Source: Mobula hypostoma
Lineage: Eukaryota
Direction of reading: 5' to 3'
NCBI RefSeq assembly: GCF_963921235.1
Contig: NC_086118.1
Span: 14,448,001-14,512,000 of the forward strand
DNA: 64,000 nt
Of the stretch, positions 25,071 to 37,877 are shown piece after piece. A program made the translations under genes and the position numbers. The notes beneath the pieces are model-generated. The model saw only the letters and a list, made by a program, of their open reading frames with translations, searched no databases and was not told the origin of the DNA. Each line of letters starts with the position of its first letter. Within the stretch, counting starts at the first letter, position 1.

Positions 25071-27451
25071 AATTTTCTATATAATATAACCACTGTAAAG
25101 AATATCTGCAACTTAGTAGATTTCACTAGTGTCTGTCTGCCTGGCAGGTGAGACTTGTGTCTGTGAAACAATCTCAGGTTCTGGGGCTTTCTCCATGGTG
25201 GTTGTAGGAGTTGACTCTGGGTCTGCAGGAAGTGGTTCTGACAGTTCTGGACTTCTTTATTCTCTTACAATAGACTCTGCTCTCTGCATTGTGCGTTGAT
25301 CAATGTGAAGTTTGCAGATGACGATCAGACACAATCTCCTCTGTGTATGAGAGTTGTCCAGTTCTGTCCTTAATTTTTCCAAGTACCAACTTTAGATCAC
25401 CTCTAAGGCTCTCGCCAGGACTGCTTGTCCAGGAGTGAAACATTGAACCTCCTTGCTTGAGGAGTCTTCAATCTGTCTCAGCTGTGCCCTGCATACTCCT
25501 TGCGAGACTGGGGTTGAGGAGATGGAAGCGCGAGTGCAAGGGATGATCAAGAACAGCATGGCTGGTGAGTTGTTATTTGTGGAGTGTGCTGCATTGCGAT
25601 ACGCAAAGAGGAAATTGGTGAGCTTCTGATTCAGTGTAGTGTACTCTGCTGACATTGCTCACAGTACATTCCTTAGACTCTGAGCAAACCTTTCCTTCAT
25701 GCCCTTTGTACATGGGTGCAGATGTAATATGTCTTATTCCATTCATTTTCAGGAATGACTATAAACTGTGGTCCATAGTCACCAACTAAGTGCTTTGGAA
25801 CACCAGAATTTGAGAACAGGCCTCTCAACACATCAACGGTGTGCAAGACTGCAGTTGAGGCTATTGGGAACACTGCTGGCCACTTTGTAGCTGCACCCAC
25901 TATCACCAAGAAATTGTGTGCCATGCACGCTCCAGAGAAACTCACATGAATCCTCTGCTATTGCAATGCAGGCAATCCCTAGGGATGGATAGATAGGTGC
26001 AGCTCTTAGCATTTTCTGGACATATTGCATCCCAAACAGTGTATGGCAAGCTGCTTGATTTGCTGATCTATCCCAGGCCACCAGAAAAACTTCGAGCTAA
26101 TACTTCCATTTTGGTCACTCTTAGATGACTGGCATGTAGCTCCTCCAACACTTTAGTTCTCAGCTTGGCTTGGAATGTACAACAATTCTCAATCTTCACT
26201 TAAGGCAACCCCATCAAGGACAAGTTAATTCCAGCACTGGTGAAAATGAGGGAACTGAAATTTCTGCTGCACATTTCAGCCATTTTGGTTTGCAATGTAG
26301 ACCTGAGCTGGTGTGGGGTCTTTTCTGGTTTCTCTTTGGACTACTTTGCCATAATAGGAAGAGTTTTGATTTGCATTAGGCAGAATACGTCAAGAGGAGT
26401 GTCCTCTTGTGTGATTTTTTTCAGGTATTTCCTTTTCCAAGAGTAAACAGGACCACAAATCCATTATGAGTGGTCTTCTTGAATTTGATCTTGTAAATTG
26501 TGTCGAGCAAGAAGCAGAGCTATGCTGCTCCTGTTAGTGAAGCACCATTCACTGGATTGAAAATGGACACCAGTAGTTGATGATCAGTATTGAGGGTAAA
26601 CTGTCTCCCATACAAGTACTGGTTACAATGTTTTACACCCGAAACCAGACTCAAGGCCTCTCTGTAATTTTTCTCTGCAGTGGTAAAGGAACGTGATGCA
26701 AAGGCTATGAGACATTCGCTTCCACTACTCATAACATGTGACATGACTGCACCTACACCATAAGCCGAGGTATCAAAGGCAAGCTTCACTGGATGATGTT
26801 GATCATAATGTACCAGTACAGTGCCTGACATCACCAATTCATTTGCCTTTTTGAAAGTCACCTCACACTGCTTTGTCCATTTCCGTTTCTTCCTAATCTG
26901 CAGTAATGAGTTCAAGGGGTGGAGCACATTAGCCAGGTTTGGCAGGAAACTATTATAGTAATTGTAACAGATCTGATAAAGGACCGCAACACATCCTTTA
27001 GCCTTGGGGCATCCACCAATGCTTGAATTTTCTCAGAACATTTGTGAAAATCTTGTGTGTCAATGGCGTCAATGTGTAAGTGATGCTTGGCTCAAAAAAT
27101 TTACACTTGATGCCTTATGCCCTGAGCCCATAATCTTCTAATCTTTTTAACACTATTTTGAGATTTTGGAGATGTTCCTTATCATCCTGACTGGCAGCAA
27201 TGATGACATACAGGTAACACTGACTGCCTGGGCAGCCTTGCAACACTTGGTCCATAGCTTTCTGCCAGAGTGCAGGTGGCACAGAGGCGACTCCAAAAAT
27301 AAGCCTATTATAGCAATAAAGCCTTTGTGAATGTACATGGTGAGAAATGCTTTGGACTCTTCTTCTATCTCTATCTGCAGGTAGGCCTCAGCTAAGTCTG
27401 TTTTGATGAAGTGTTTCCCAGCAGAAAGGTTTGCAAAGAAATCCTCTATCC

Positions 27452-28673
27452 CGGCGGTCCCCAACCACCGGGCCGCGGACCAGTACTGGGCCGCAAGGCA
27501 AGCGCTACCGGGCCACGAGGAAACGATATGATTTGGCGATATGAGTCAGCTGCACCTTTCCTCATTCCCTGTCACGCCCACTGTTGAGCTTGAACGCAGG
27601 CGAGGTCATTACCCGCGCGTCATCCATGTCAGCGTGGGAAGGAGATCAATTCCTTGGGTTTGCAAATGACGGCGGGCTGAAAAGTATGTTTGACATAACA
27701 TCTCTGCCGGCATTCTGGATCAAAGTCAAGGGCGAATATCCTAAGATAGCCACGGAAGCACTGAAAACGTTGCTTCCATTTCCAACATATCTCTGCAATG
27801 AACGCAACGAAAACTAAATTGCGGAATAGACTGGACATAAGGAACCCCCTTCGAGTATCGCTGTCTCCCATCACCCCTCGATGGCTCCACCTTGTTGCAG
27901 GGAAACAAGCCCAGGACTCCCACTGATTCAGCAATATTGGTGCGTTGCAGTGATTTTATATGTTCATACGGGGAAAATATGTGCTGTGTTTAATATCCAA
28001 ACGTTACTTAAAATGTTATGATGCTATTGACTTACTTATATAACAATATAACAATTACAGCACGGAACCAGGCCATCTCTGCCCTTCTAGTCCGTGCCGA
28101 ACGCTACTCTCACAAGTCCCACCGACCTGCGCTCACCCCATAACCCCCCATTCCTTTCCTGTCTATATACCTATCCAATTCAACTTTTAAATGATAATAT
28201 CGAACCTGCTTCTGCCACTTCTACTGGGAGTTCATTCAACACGTACTTCAAGCCCCCCTGTCCTCCCCTGATAATTGACTTATCGCTATATTCATGCGAG
28301 GAAAATATGCGCTGTGTGTTTAATATTAAATTCTTTAGATAAACCCTTTTAGAAACGAAATTGAGTGTATTAGCCACTTATCACCGATATTCCGGTCGTG
28401 ATTAACAGCACCCCCCTCCCGAACAGAATCGCCAAAAACGATTTGTATCAAAAAACAGCACGTGCACGCATACACAAGTCACGCATGCACACTGGTGCCC
28501 GCGCAAGGTTTCATGGTCATTGTAGTCTTTTCGGGGTAAACAGCGTATTTGACTGCTACTGTACTCTTGTCCGTTGGCAACCATCCCCTCCCCCCACCCC
28601 CCGGTCGGCCAGTCCGCAAGAATATTGTCAATATGAAACTGGTCCGCACTGCAAAAAAGGTTGGGGACCTCTG
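27452..28673 (+). mobile_element. Non-autonomous hAT (Charlie/Buster-like) transposon inserted in the Gypsy RT
   Basis: TIRs cggcggtccccaacc and ggttggggacctctg. 8-bp TSD ctctatcc (27444-27451) / ctccatcc (28674-28681). C-terminal transposase remnant FWIKVKGEYPKIATEALKTLLPFPTYLC...AGKQAQDSH. Contains a CR1-type tail insert at ~28045-28242(-). Confidence 0.9.
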
Positions 28674-30562
28674 CTCCATCCTGTGCAGAGGGCATTGATT
28701 TATTTTCAGTAATAGCTTAATCGTAACCTTAAAATCACCATAGATCTTGACAGACCTGTACTTCTTGGCTACTGGGACACCTGGCATTACCCATGGGCTC
28801 CATTCAACTTTGGAAAGAATTCCTTCAGCCTCTATGCGATCTAGCTCACTGGCTACTTTGTCATGGATTGTATAAGGAATCAGACGGGTATGTAAAACCT
28901 GGGTGTGACTTTTTCATTTAATACTATTTTACCCTTGATATGTTTGACTTTTCCATTGCCATCTTTGAACACTGCTGTGGCATCATCCAGTACCTTTCTT
29001 AATTTGCTTTCAGTTGACTCAATTGCAGGGGATGCGGCATGCAAATACTGGACGGATTTCCAATCAAGTTTTAGTTTGTCAGAGCCAATCATGGCCCCAC
29101 AATACCAGCCCTCCTATTTTTAACCACTCGCAAGCCGAATGTGGCTAGTTGGTTATTGTATCTCACTGTTACAAACGTCATTCCCACAAGATTATCTTTC
29201 CTCCAGTATAAATTCTTAGTTGGATATCTACAGGTCTCCAGTATAAGTTCTCAGTTGGATATCTGCAGGCTTCAGTTCAGTATCTTCGAAATGCCGTTCA
29301 AACTCATTTTGTGGAATGACTGAAACAGCTGAGCCAATGACCAACTCCACTTCTCATGTAAACCATATCGTCTGTCTATTGTTAGTTTTGCCATTATAAA
29401 TCTCAAGGCTACCCAGTCTTGTGGTCACTCTCATCATTTTCAAATTTTCCATCAATTGCATGCAGATTAATACTCTTTTTGGAACTGCAACTTGACTTCT
29501 CATTTTTATTTCTTCCCTGTGCAGTCCATTTATTTTTGTCTGACCAACATGCTCTTTGTATGTGTCCTAATTTGTTGCATTTTCTGCAAATTTCACCTTT
29601 AAACCTGCATTGGTCTGATGTATGTGAGACCCTGCCACAACCCCAACATTACTTGTTTAGCCAGGCAGGTTTCTGTTTAGACTTTGTAATTTTGTCCACA
29701 CTCATTTTCATTCCTGACTGCAACTCATTTGCACTGCTGGCTTCTATTTCATGCATCGATTTCAACTGTTCTTTTAAATGTGAGTTTTGCTTCAGCTAAG
29801 AGCCATTTATGAATGCTTTCTTGTAAGATTCCCCAAAGTAAATGATCTCTCAGTGCATCATTAAACTATTGCTGAACTAGCAATGCTAACAGAATTTCTC
29901 CAATTTGGCCACGCAAGCTGAAATGGACTCCCTTTCATTTTGATTGCACTTATGAAACTGAAAGTGTTCTGCAGTCAGCAACGGTTTCAGTTCTGTATCT
30001 TCCTGCATTACATTCATGATATCAGCAATGCTCACTTCAACTGGTTTGGCTGGAGTATTTAATCCTCTAAGCAAACTGTATGCATATCTACCCATTGCAC
30101 TCAGCAACACCGGCACTCGTTTTTCATCAGCTTTTTCATTTTCTTCAAAATACTGCTCAATTCATTTAGTATACGTCATTCAGGTATCTTTCTTACAATT
30201 GAACGCATTTATCTTTCCATTGTAGTTAACCATTTACGTTCTTTTTAAAGCGTTTTTATTCTTGTCACCTGGTACTCTCTGTTTATGAACCTGTGTCTAT
30301 ATTTGTTGCTTGTTAATTTCATCCATTTTTTTGCCCTTTTTAAAACTCAAGCAGCTGACTCAACTTCCGAAGAAAAACATACTACACTTCATCAGCTAGG
30401 TAGCTGTCTCGGGTACATTTTAAAACTTCCTCATTGCCACTGTTATGTCTTGTAACTCCAGGAACTAATTGAAGGAAACAGACAGGAATCAGGGATATAT
30501 ATCTTTTTAGTATTCTTCCCTTTTTTTTAGTAAAATACACACGTATGATGTGGTGATGTAAT

Positions 30563-30765
30563 TTATTTAATGAGATACAACAAAAATAGACCCTTCTGGC
30601 CCTTCAAGTTGCACTACCCAGCAATCCCCCAATTTAATCCTAGCCTAATCACGGGACAATTTACAATGACCAATTAACCTACCAACTAGTAAGTGTTTGG
30701 ACTGTGGCAGGAAACTAGAGCACCCAGAGGAAACCCATGCAGCTACGGGGAGAATGTACAAATTA
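30563..30765 (-). mobile_element. V-SINE/HE1-like SINE (5'-truncated), interrupting the Gypsy 5' LTR
   Basis: Reverse complement of the SINE at 43070-43360 (V-domain-like tgggtttcctctgggtgctctagtttcctgccacagtcc). Confidence 0.75.
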
Positions 30766-31434
30766 GGAATTTTTCACGATCATTTTCCACTGTTGCCTTC
30801 TTCAGTTAAACAACTGAACAACACCTCAGAATGTGCAGAATATCCTGTTACATTTGCCATTTATTTTCTTATTCTCAACTGGTGCGCTTGGGAAGTATTC
30901 AGTACAAGCAGGAGGTTTTGCATTCCTTTGATTGCTCAATTGTTATGTCTGGAACTGAGCAATGATTACTTGCAGATGACAATTCTAGATGATACTTTCT
31001 CAGGTGAGCTCAGAAAATTGCTATGTTTCTATAACATGGCTGAAATATACATTTTAGTATTATTCTCCAAATACCAGTCATGTGTGAAGTAATACAAGTT
31101 TGCATTAGTTTAACTTAAGCCCTTTGATGTGGTTTTAATCCATTGCCCTTGTTTTAGTTACTATTTGCTGTAGAGGAACTAAAGCCATGCAATAGAAAGA
31201 TCCTACTTGTATTTTCACTCTCCCAGAATTGCTCATTGATTTGTCTTTATTGTGAACCTGCAGAGGCCATAGTGAAGGACGTCAATCTGTAATGGTATAT
31301 CACTATGGTATTTTCCTTTCTGTCTGTCTGTCCTGAAGTTAGGTTCATTAATGTGAGAATGGACACTTCAAGTTTTGGTTTGTATCAAATGGGCAGGATT
31401 ATTTCTGGTGACCCGTATTAACAGTTCCTGTTAA

Positions 31435-31980
31435 AAGTAGTTGATACAGCCCAGCACATCACATGTAAAGTCTTCCCCACCAGTGGGCACATCTACATGG
31501 AGCGCTGTCAGAGAAAAGCAGCATCCATCATCAGGGACCCCCACCACCCACGTCATGTCCTCTTCTCACTGCTGCCATCAGGAAGAAGGTATAGAAGACT
31601 CGGGACTCACACTACCAGGTTCAGGAATCGTTATTACCCCTCAATTATCAGGTTTTTGAACCAGTGGGGATAACTTCACACAGCTTCACTTGCCCCATCA
31701 CTGAACAGTTCCCACAACCTAAGGACTCATTTTCAAGGACTCTTCATCTCATGTTCTCAATACTTATTGCTTAGTTATTCATTATTATTATTATTTCCTT
31801 TATTGCATCTGTAGTTTGTTGCCTTTTGTACAATGGTTGTCTGCCATTTTGGGTGTGGTCTTTCACTGATTCTATTATAATTATTGGAATTACTGAATAT
31901 GTCAACAAGAAAACAGATCTCAGGATTTTATATGGCGAGATTATTGTACTTTGATAATAAAATTACTTTGAACTTTTGAA
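31435..31980 (+). mobile_element. Rex1-like LINE 3' fragment
   Basis: KAASIIRDPHHPRHVLFSLLPSGRRYRRL motif; tail tttgataataaaattactttgaac. Confidence 0.75.
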
Positions 31981-32495
31981 CAGTTGACAAATAGTTTCGG
32001 AATTTTAATACGTCTTACAATATAATAAATGTATTTCTTTACAAGAATTTACAAAATCTTAGAATATATACCGTGCAAAGTAATGTGCATGAATGGATAA
32101 AGCAAACAGAGAAGTTTTTTTCACAACTAGTACATCGTTATTGTACTTTTTACATCGCTATTGTGAGGAAGGGCCAGGGACAGGGGTTACATTGTGATTT
32201 ATCTTAACACTCATGGTGATCTGGTTTCACTGATGCTCATTCACAGTCACCCTTACAAAGCTTCAGAGCAGGATGGAGATTCATTAACTAATGCATGTTA
32301 AGAATGTTATAAATTCTCTCTCAGACATTACTCAATCAGTCTCAGTGTGCATTGAAATTAAGGGGAATGTCCTGAGCAAGATTTATTTTGGAGAGGTTTA
32401 TTGTGATGCTGTTTTCTTGCACTGCTCCTTTTGTGAAGTGGCATCTGCGTTACATTTTTGAAAAGGCATGTCTTAACAAAATTTTCCTTTTGTAG

Positions 32496-32645
32496 GTTAA
32501 ACCACTTCATGTGACAGGTCAAAACATCAAGATGAGGGCAAAGGAGGAGGAGCTAAAACTGGCTGTTGAAAAAGCAGATAAACTTTCTTTGCGAATTCAG
32601 GAGCTAGAGCAGAAGAATACTCTGCTGGTTCAGGAGAAGAGTGCT
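32496..32645 (+). CDS. Isolated coding exon of a class II myosin heavy chain-like gene (head-rod junction / start of S2 coiled coil)
   Basis: Acceptor ttttccttttgtag|GTT and donor GCT|gtaagt; 150 nt, phase 0/0, no stops. Translation VKPLHVTGQNIKMRAKEEELKLAVEKADKLSLRIQELEQKNTLLVQEKSA aligns by eye to the VKPLL..Q...M.AKEEEL......ELE.K...L..EK segment of MYH9/10/11 and MYH16. Confidence 0.7.
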
Positions 32646-32994
32646 GTAAGTTCACTGCATACCATACCAAGTGTTCTTGATAAATGTGTCCCTGAAAACA
32701 ATAACCATAACTCCTCTCATTCTTTAAAGTGATAAAATATATGAAACATCTGTGAAAGTTAAGAGACCAAGAGTACATTTTGTGAACACACAGCAAAATG
32801 GATAGAAATTGTATGTACAAAAATGTAGTTGGGTTTGAAGAAGAAACTGGTATGTTAGAGTTTGTATATTGAAGTGGTTGGTATTCCCATGCACCTCCTG
32901 AACCTGTGGATTTAGGAGTCAAAGAAAACTTGGCAAGCTACACTGTAGCAGCTGTTGGTAGTAGAGAGAATATTACTGGTAGAAGATTCAGTGC

Positions 32995-33127
32995 AAATCA
33001 CAAGCAAGAGAAAATCTGCAGATGTTGGAAATCCAAGCAAGTTCCTCCAAAATGCTGGAGAAACTCAGCACGCCAGGCAACATCCATGGCAAAGAGTACA
33101 GTCGACGTTTCAGGCCAAGACCCTTCA
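32995..33127 (-). mobile_element. Single Penelope 3'-end fragment with a truncated hammerhead motif
   Basis: aaaatctgcagatgttggaaatccaagc...cagtcgacgtttcaggccaagacccttca matches the termini of the other Penelope arms. Confidence 0.7.
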
Positions 33128-34014
33128 GTGTTAATCGATTGGCCCAACTCTCCTGGATTGTGTTGTGCTTCTTGAATGTTATTGGAATTGCAACCATCTA
33201 GGCAAACAGGCATTATTCTATCATACTGAAGGTGAAAAAGTTTTAAGGATCCAACCAATGTATTAGATGAGCATTCAGCTGCTGACTTGCTGTTGTACCA
33301 GATGTGTGGTTGTTCTAATTAGTAATGAAACAATGTGTTTGGTGAAGAATTTGACTATGTTAATTGCTATTTATTATCAGAGAATATTATAGTATATAGT
33401 ATACAACCTGAAATCTTTACAACTCGGGTTGTATACTCTATACCTTCTCTGACACATTAAACCATCGAATCATTGAATCAACCCCTTTCACTGAAAAGAT
33501 TTGCTGATGATGATTGATGATAAGTTGTGACTAGAATATAATTTGCTACTTAATGAAAAATATTTTAACGCTGTTCAGGTTTTGCCACAGAGTGGCATGG
33601 GGATGTTCCGTTATCCAAGGATCCTCAAATGGAAGGGAAAACGTTGCAATCATAGGTGAACCCCAGTTTCAAATATTACGAAGGGAGAAGGTCATTGCTC
33701 AAGCAGTTGGTTGTGATTAGGTTGGAGAATTATCCTGAGCAGCATCCATAACAATCTCTTGATACTGAGATGATGGCCTACAAACAAACACGTTGCATTG
33801 TGTCAGGTGTCCTTGTGACTGGTTGGGTGTATTCCTCCTGATTCGCTGACTTCAGCTTTGTTGAGATTTAAGAGCTTTATTTTAAGATGATCCCACAGTG
33901 GCCTGTTCATCTTTGAAATATCACTCTTTTGTTCATACTTGCATTTAGGGCTTTAATGAGAATAGAAATGACTGAAGCCAGAAATCAGAATGAACTTTGG
34001 TAAGAGGTTTATTC

Positions 34015-34310
34015 ACACATAGAACAGTATAGAACAGGAACAGGACATTCAATCCACGATCTCGTGCCAAGTTAATTAAAAGTTTAACTAAACTATTCCT
34101 TCTTCCTACACAACAACCATATCCCTCCATTTTCTGTACACTCACATGCCAATCTATGAGCTTCTTAAATGCCTTCAGCATTTTTGCCTCCACAACTGCT
34201 CCTGGCAGCATGTTCCAGGCAAATATTACTCTCTATGCCCTGCTCATTGACTTTGAACTTTAACTGCATACCCTTTAGGATCAGCCATTTTACCTCTGAG
34301 GAAAAAGAGA
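34015..34310 (-). mobile_element. CR1 3' fragment
   Basis: LPGAVVEAKMLKAFKKLIDWH..MEGYG is a CR1 ORF2 C-terminus; tail atagaacag. Confidence 0.65.
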
Positions 34311-34761
34311 CCACAAATTTTATTTGTGTAAGTATTGCTCAATGGCACTGCTATTATACCTTCCATCACTTTCCTGGTAGCTGAGACCAGTAAATAGCAT
34401 AATTACGTTTGTCTTTTTTTGCTTGTGAAGAAGACATATGTGGCTAACTTTCAATCTTGTCACAGCATGTCCATTTATAGAGTCATAAAGCACTACAGTA
34501 TAGAAATGGGCTCTTTGGTCCATCTACTCAATGTCAAACCGTTATTCTGCTTAGTCTCATTGACCTGCACCTGGTCTATAGCCCTCCCATTCATGTATAT
34601 ATTCAATGCTGTATCTGTTCTGGAAATACTTGGTTAGAATTGTAGAACATTAGTGTTCAGTGCAACTCAGAGGTATCACTACATCTCTTCACCTGTTGTC
34701 TGTAATGTGCCCTTGACTTCCTGCAGTATAGTTGTAGATAGAAATTCTTCAGTGTAATTTT

Positions 34762-35969
34762 AAACACAAATCTGCAGACGCTGGGGTCAAAGCAACACCC
34801 ACAACACGCTGGAGGAGCTCAGCAGGTCAGACAGCATCAATGAGTCGACATTTCGGGCCGGAACCCTTCGTCAGGAATGTAGAGGGAAGGAGCAGAGACC
34901 CTATCAAAAAGGTGGGGGGAAGGTGGGAAGGAGAAGGCCAGTAGGTTCCAGGTGAAAAGCCAGTAAGGGGAAAGATAAAGAGTTGGGGAAGGGGAAGCAG
35001 GGAGGTGATAGGCAGGAAAGGTGAAGAAGGAATAGGGGAAAACACAATGGGTAGTAGAAGGAGGCGGAACCATGAGGGAGGTGATAGGCAGCTGGAGGAG
35101 GGGGCAGAGTGACATAGGGATAGATGAAGGGAGGGGGAGGGAATTACCAGAAGTTGGAGAGTTCTATGTTCATACCAAGGGGCTGGAGACTACCTAGATG
35201 GTATACGATGTGCTGCTCCTCCAAACTGAGTTTAGCCTCATCATTGGCAGTAGAGGAGGCCATGTATGGATATATCTGAATGGGAGTGGGAAGCAGACTT
35301 GAAGTGGATGGCTACTGGGAGATCCTGTCTGTTGTGGTGGAGGTGCTCGACGAAGCCGTCCCCCAATCTGCGTCGGGTTTCACCGGGAGCACCGGATTCA
35401 ATAGATGACCCCAATAGACTCACAAGTGAAGTGTTGCCTCACTTGGAAGGACTGTTTGGGGCCCTGAATGGTGGCAAGAGAGGAGGTGTAGGGACAGGTG
35501 TAGCACTTGTGCTTACAGGGATAAGTGCCGGGTGGGAGATGCTTACAACTCTGCTTCCCACTCCCATTCAGATATGTCCATACATAGAATTCTCCAACTT
35601 CCGGTAGTAACCTCCCCCTCCCTTCCTCTATCCCTATGTCACTCTGCCCCCTCCCCCAGCTGCCTATCACCTCCCTCATGGTTCCACTTCCTTCTACCAC
35701 CCATTGTGTTTTCCCCTATTCCTTCTTCACCTTTCCTGCCTATCACCTCCCTGCTTCCCCTCCCCCACCCCTTTATCTTTCCCCTTACTGGTTTTTCACC
35801 TGGAACTTACCGGCCTTCTCCTTACCACCCTCCCTCCACCTTCTTTAAAGGGCCTCTGCCCCTTCCCTCTACAGTCCTGACGAAGGGCTGCGGCCCAAAA
35901 CATCGACTCATCGTTTCCACAGATGCTGCCTGACCTGCTGAGTTCCTCCAGCGTGCTGTGAGTGTTGCC
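34762..35969. mobile_element. Penelope-like element, inverted pair (second subfamily)
   Basis: The left arm (-) encodes GTYPCKHKCYTCPYT..QSFQVRQHFTCESIGVIY and GETRRRLGDGFVEHL. The right arm (+) is its reverse complement. Hammerhead-like motifs at ~34842-34878(-) and ~35873-35908(+). Flanks tcagtgtaatttt / tcaatgtaatctt. Confidence 0.88.
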
Positions 35970-36651
35970 TCAATGTAATCTTCTGCTAGCTACAATCAAC
36001 TGAAACTGCAGTTTTCCCCATGATTTAACCTCTGCTTTTATCCCTCCTGTCCTCTCCTGAACAAACGGTACATTACCTTTTTATGAAAGTGAAGGGCAAA
36101 GTAAGTGTAAAAGTGGATCATCCAACTGACGTTTCTGATGGAGTTTTGCAAATAACTCAGCAATGTCTTTGACACACTTGTCACAGGCAAAACTATCACA
36201 GATGTTCTTGTACTTCCTGCTGTTAGCTCTTTAATTGGTCACTTAACCTGTCAAGCCTAGAAGTTGGATCTGTTGGGTGTGAAATCCACAGTAAAACCTT
36301 TCAGCTCTTTGCTACATAATTTAGCTTCACCAGGTTGCTGGCTCATTCCTCACATTTGCCTTTTAATGAACTGAACGGGTCCCCTGTTTTGGAGTGTGCC
36401 ATGTACCCAAAACTATGGGCAAAGTGACTAATTACATTGGGGAACATTTTGGAAGGACATCAGAATGTAGAGGTGAGTTTATGCTACCTCCTTGGTTAAC
36501 CTATTCATTTTATTCTTTATCTACTTCCCTGCAAACCCATTGTCTTACTCATGCCTATGAATATACCTCAGATGAATACAAGCCCACCCCATGTACAAAG
36601 AGAGTCGATGGGCTAATATAGAAAAGAAAGTTTGTGGCGATATGTCCAATT

Positions 36652-37725
36652 ATAGAATCATAGAGCACTACAATACTGAAACAGGCCCTTCAGTCCATTT
36701 AGACCATGCTGAACTGTTATTCTGCTTAGTCTCATTGACCCACACCTGGACTATAGCCCTCCAATCCATGTATCAATTCAAATTTCTCCTAAATGTTGAA
36801 ATCAAACCCGCATCCACCACTTCTGCTGGCAACTCATTCCACACTCACAGCACCCTCTGAGTGAAGAAGTTCCCCCTCAGGTTCCCCTTAAATATTTCAC
36901 ATTTCATCTATTTTTCCAGTTGAAAAGCCTCCTTGCATTTACCTTATCTAAATCCCTTATAACTTTGCAAACCTCTATCAAATCTCCCCTCATTCTCCTA
37001 TGCTCCAGAGAATAAAGTCCCAGCATATTCAACCTTTCCCTTTAACTCAAGTCTTCAAGACCCAGCAACATCCTTGTAAGATTTTTGTGTACTCATTCAA
37101 TCTTGTACCTTTCCTGTAGGTAAGAGACCAGAACTGCACACAATACTCCAAATTAGGCCTCATCAATGGCTTATAAAACTTCAGCATATCTTCCCAACTC
37201 CTGTATACAGTACTCTAATTTATGAAGGCCAATGTACCAAAAGTTTTCTTTATGACCCTATCTATCTGTGATGTCTCTTTCAAGGAATTATGGATCACAT
37301 TCCCTTCAACCATACTCCTCAGTGCCCTACAGTTCTCTGTGTAAATCTTATTCCGGTTTGTCCTCACAAAGGGTAATGCCTCACACAAGTTTGCATTAAA
37401 TTGCACCACCGTCTTTCAGCTCATTTTTCCAGTTGGTTCAGATCCCACTGCAAATTTTGATAGCCTTCCTCCCTGTCCACTCCTGGTGCTATCTGCAAAT
37501 TTGCTGATCCAGTTTACCATGTTATATTCCAAATTGTTAATATACCGCAGACGAAAATCAACAATGGACCCAGCACTGACCCCTGCAGTACATCAATAGT
37601 CACAGGGCTCCAGTCAAAGAGGCAACCATCTACTAACTCTCTCTAGCTTCTCCTACAAAGCCAATGTTGAATCCAATTTACTCTTTCATCCTGAATGCTA
37701 AGTGATTGAACCTTATTGACCAAGA
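36652..37725 (-). mobile_element. CR1 LINE 3' fragment (ORF2 C-terminal)
   Basis: Tail atagaatcatagagcactac (a shorter related copy is at ~34478-34590). Degenerate RT segments including GSVLGPL and KFAD. Confidence 0.75.
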
Positions 37726-37877
37726 GCATAGTATTCCATGAAAGAAGGAAACACTCTATAAATATGCAAGCTATGAAAACAGAATGGGTCGAGTGAGAGT
37801 TACAGAGACAAAGTGGATAGGGGAGGCATAATGTTTAACCATGTCTTTTTTCTTCTGTACTGTGGTTTTTAGCTATA

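Larger units (their letters stand above)
23616..30562 (-). mobile_element. Decayed Gypsy/Ty3 LTR retrotransposon (Mag-type) with gag-pol and both LTRs, carrying nested insertions
   Basis: LTR copies start at 23616 and 30441. A PBS-like tggcaatgagg (decayed TGGCGACGAGG) lies next to the 5' LTR. gag: VLLSAMG and double knuckle CWGCGRVSHTSDQC..CRKCNKLGHIQRAC (~29545-29648). RT: IYGDFKVTI and DLAEAYLQI. RNase H: DTSAYGVGAVMSH..IAFASR..TDHQ. Integrase: KWPAVF..GVPKHLVGDYGPQF and FLFAYRNAAH. Confidence 0.9.
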
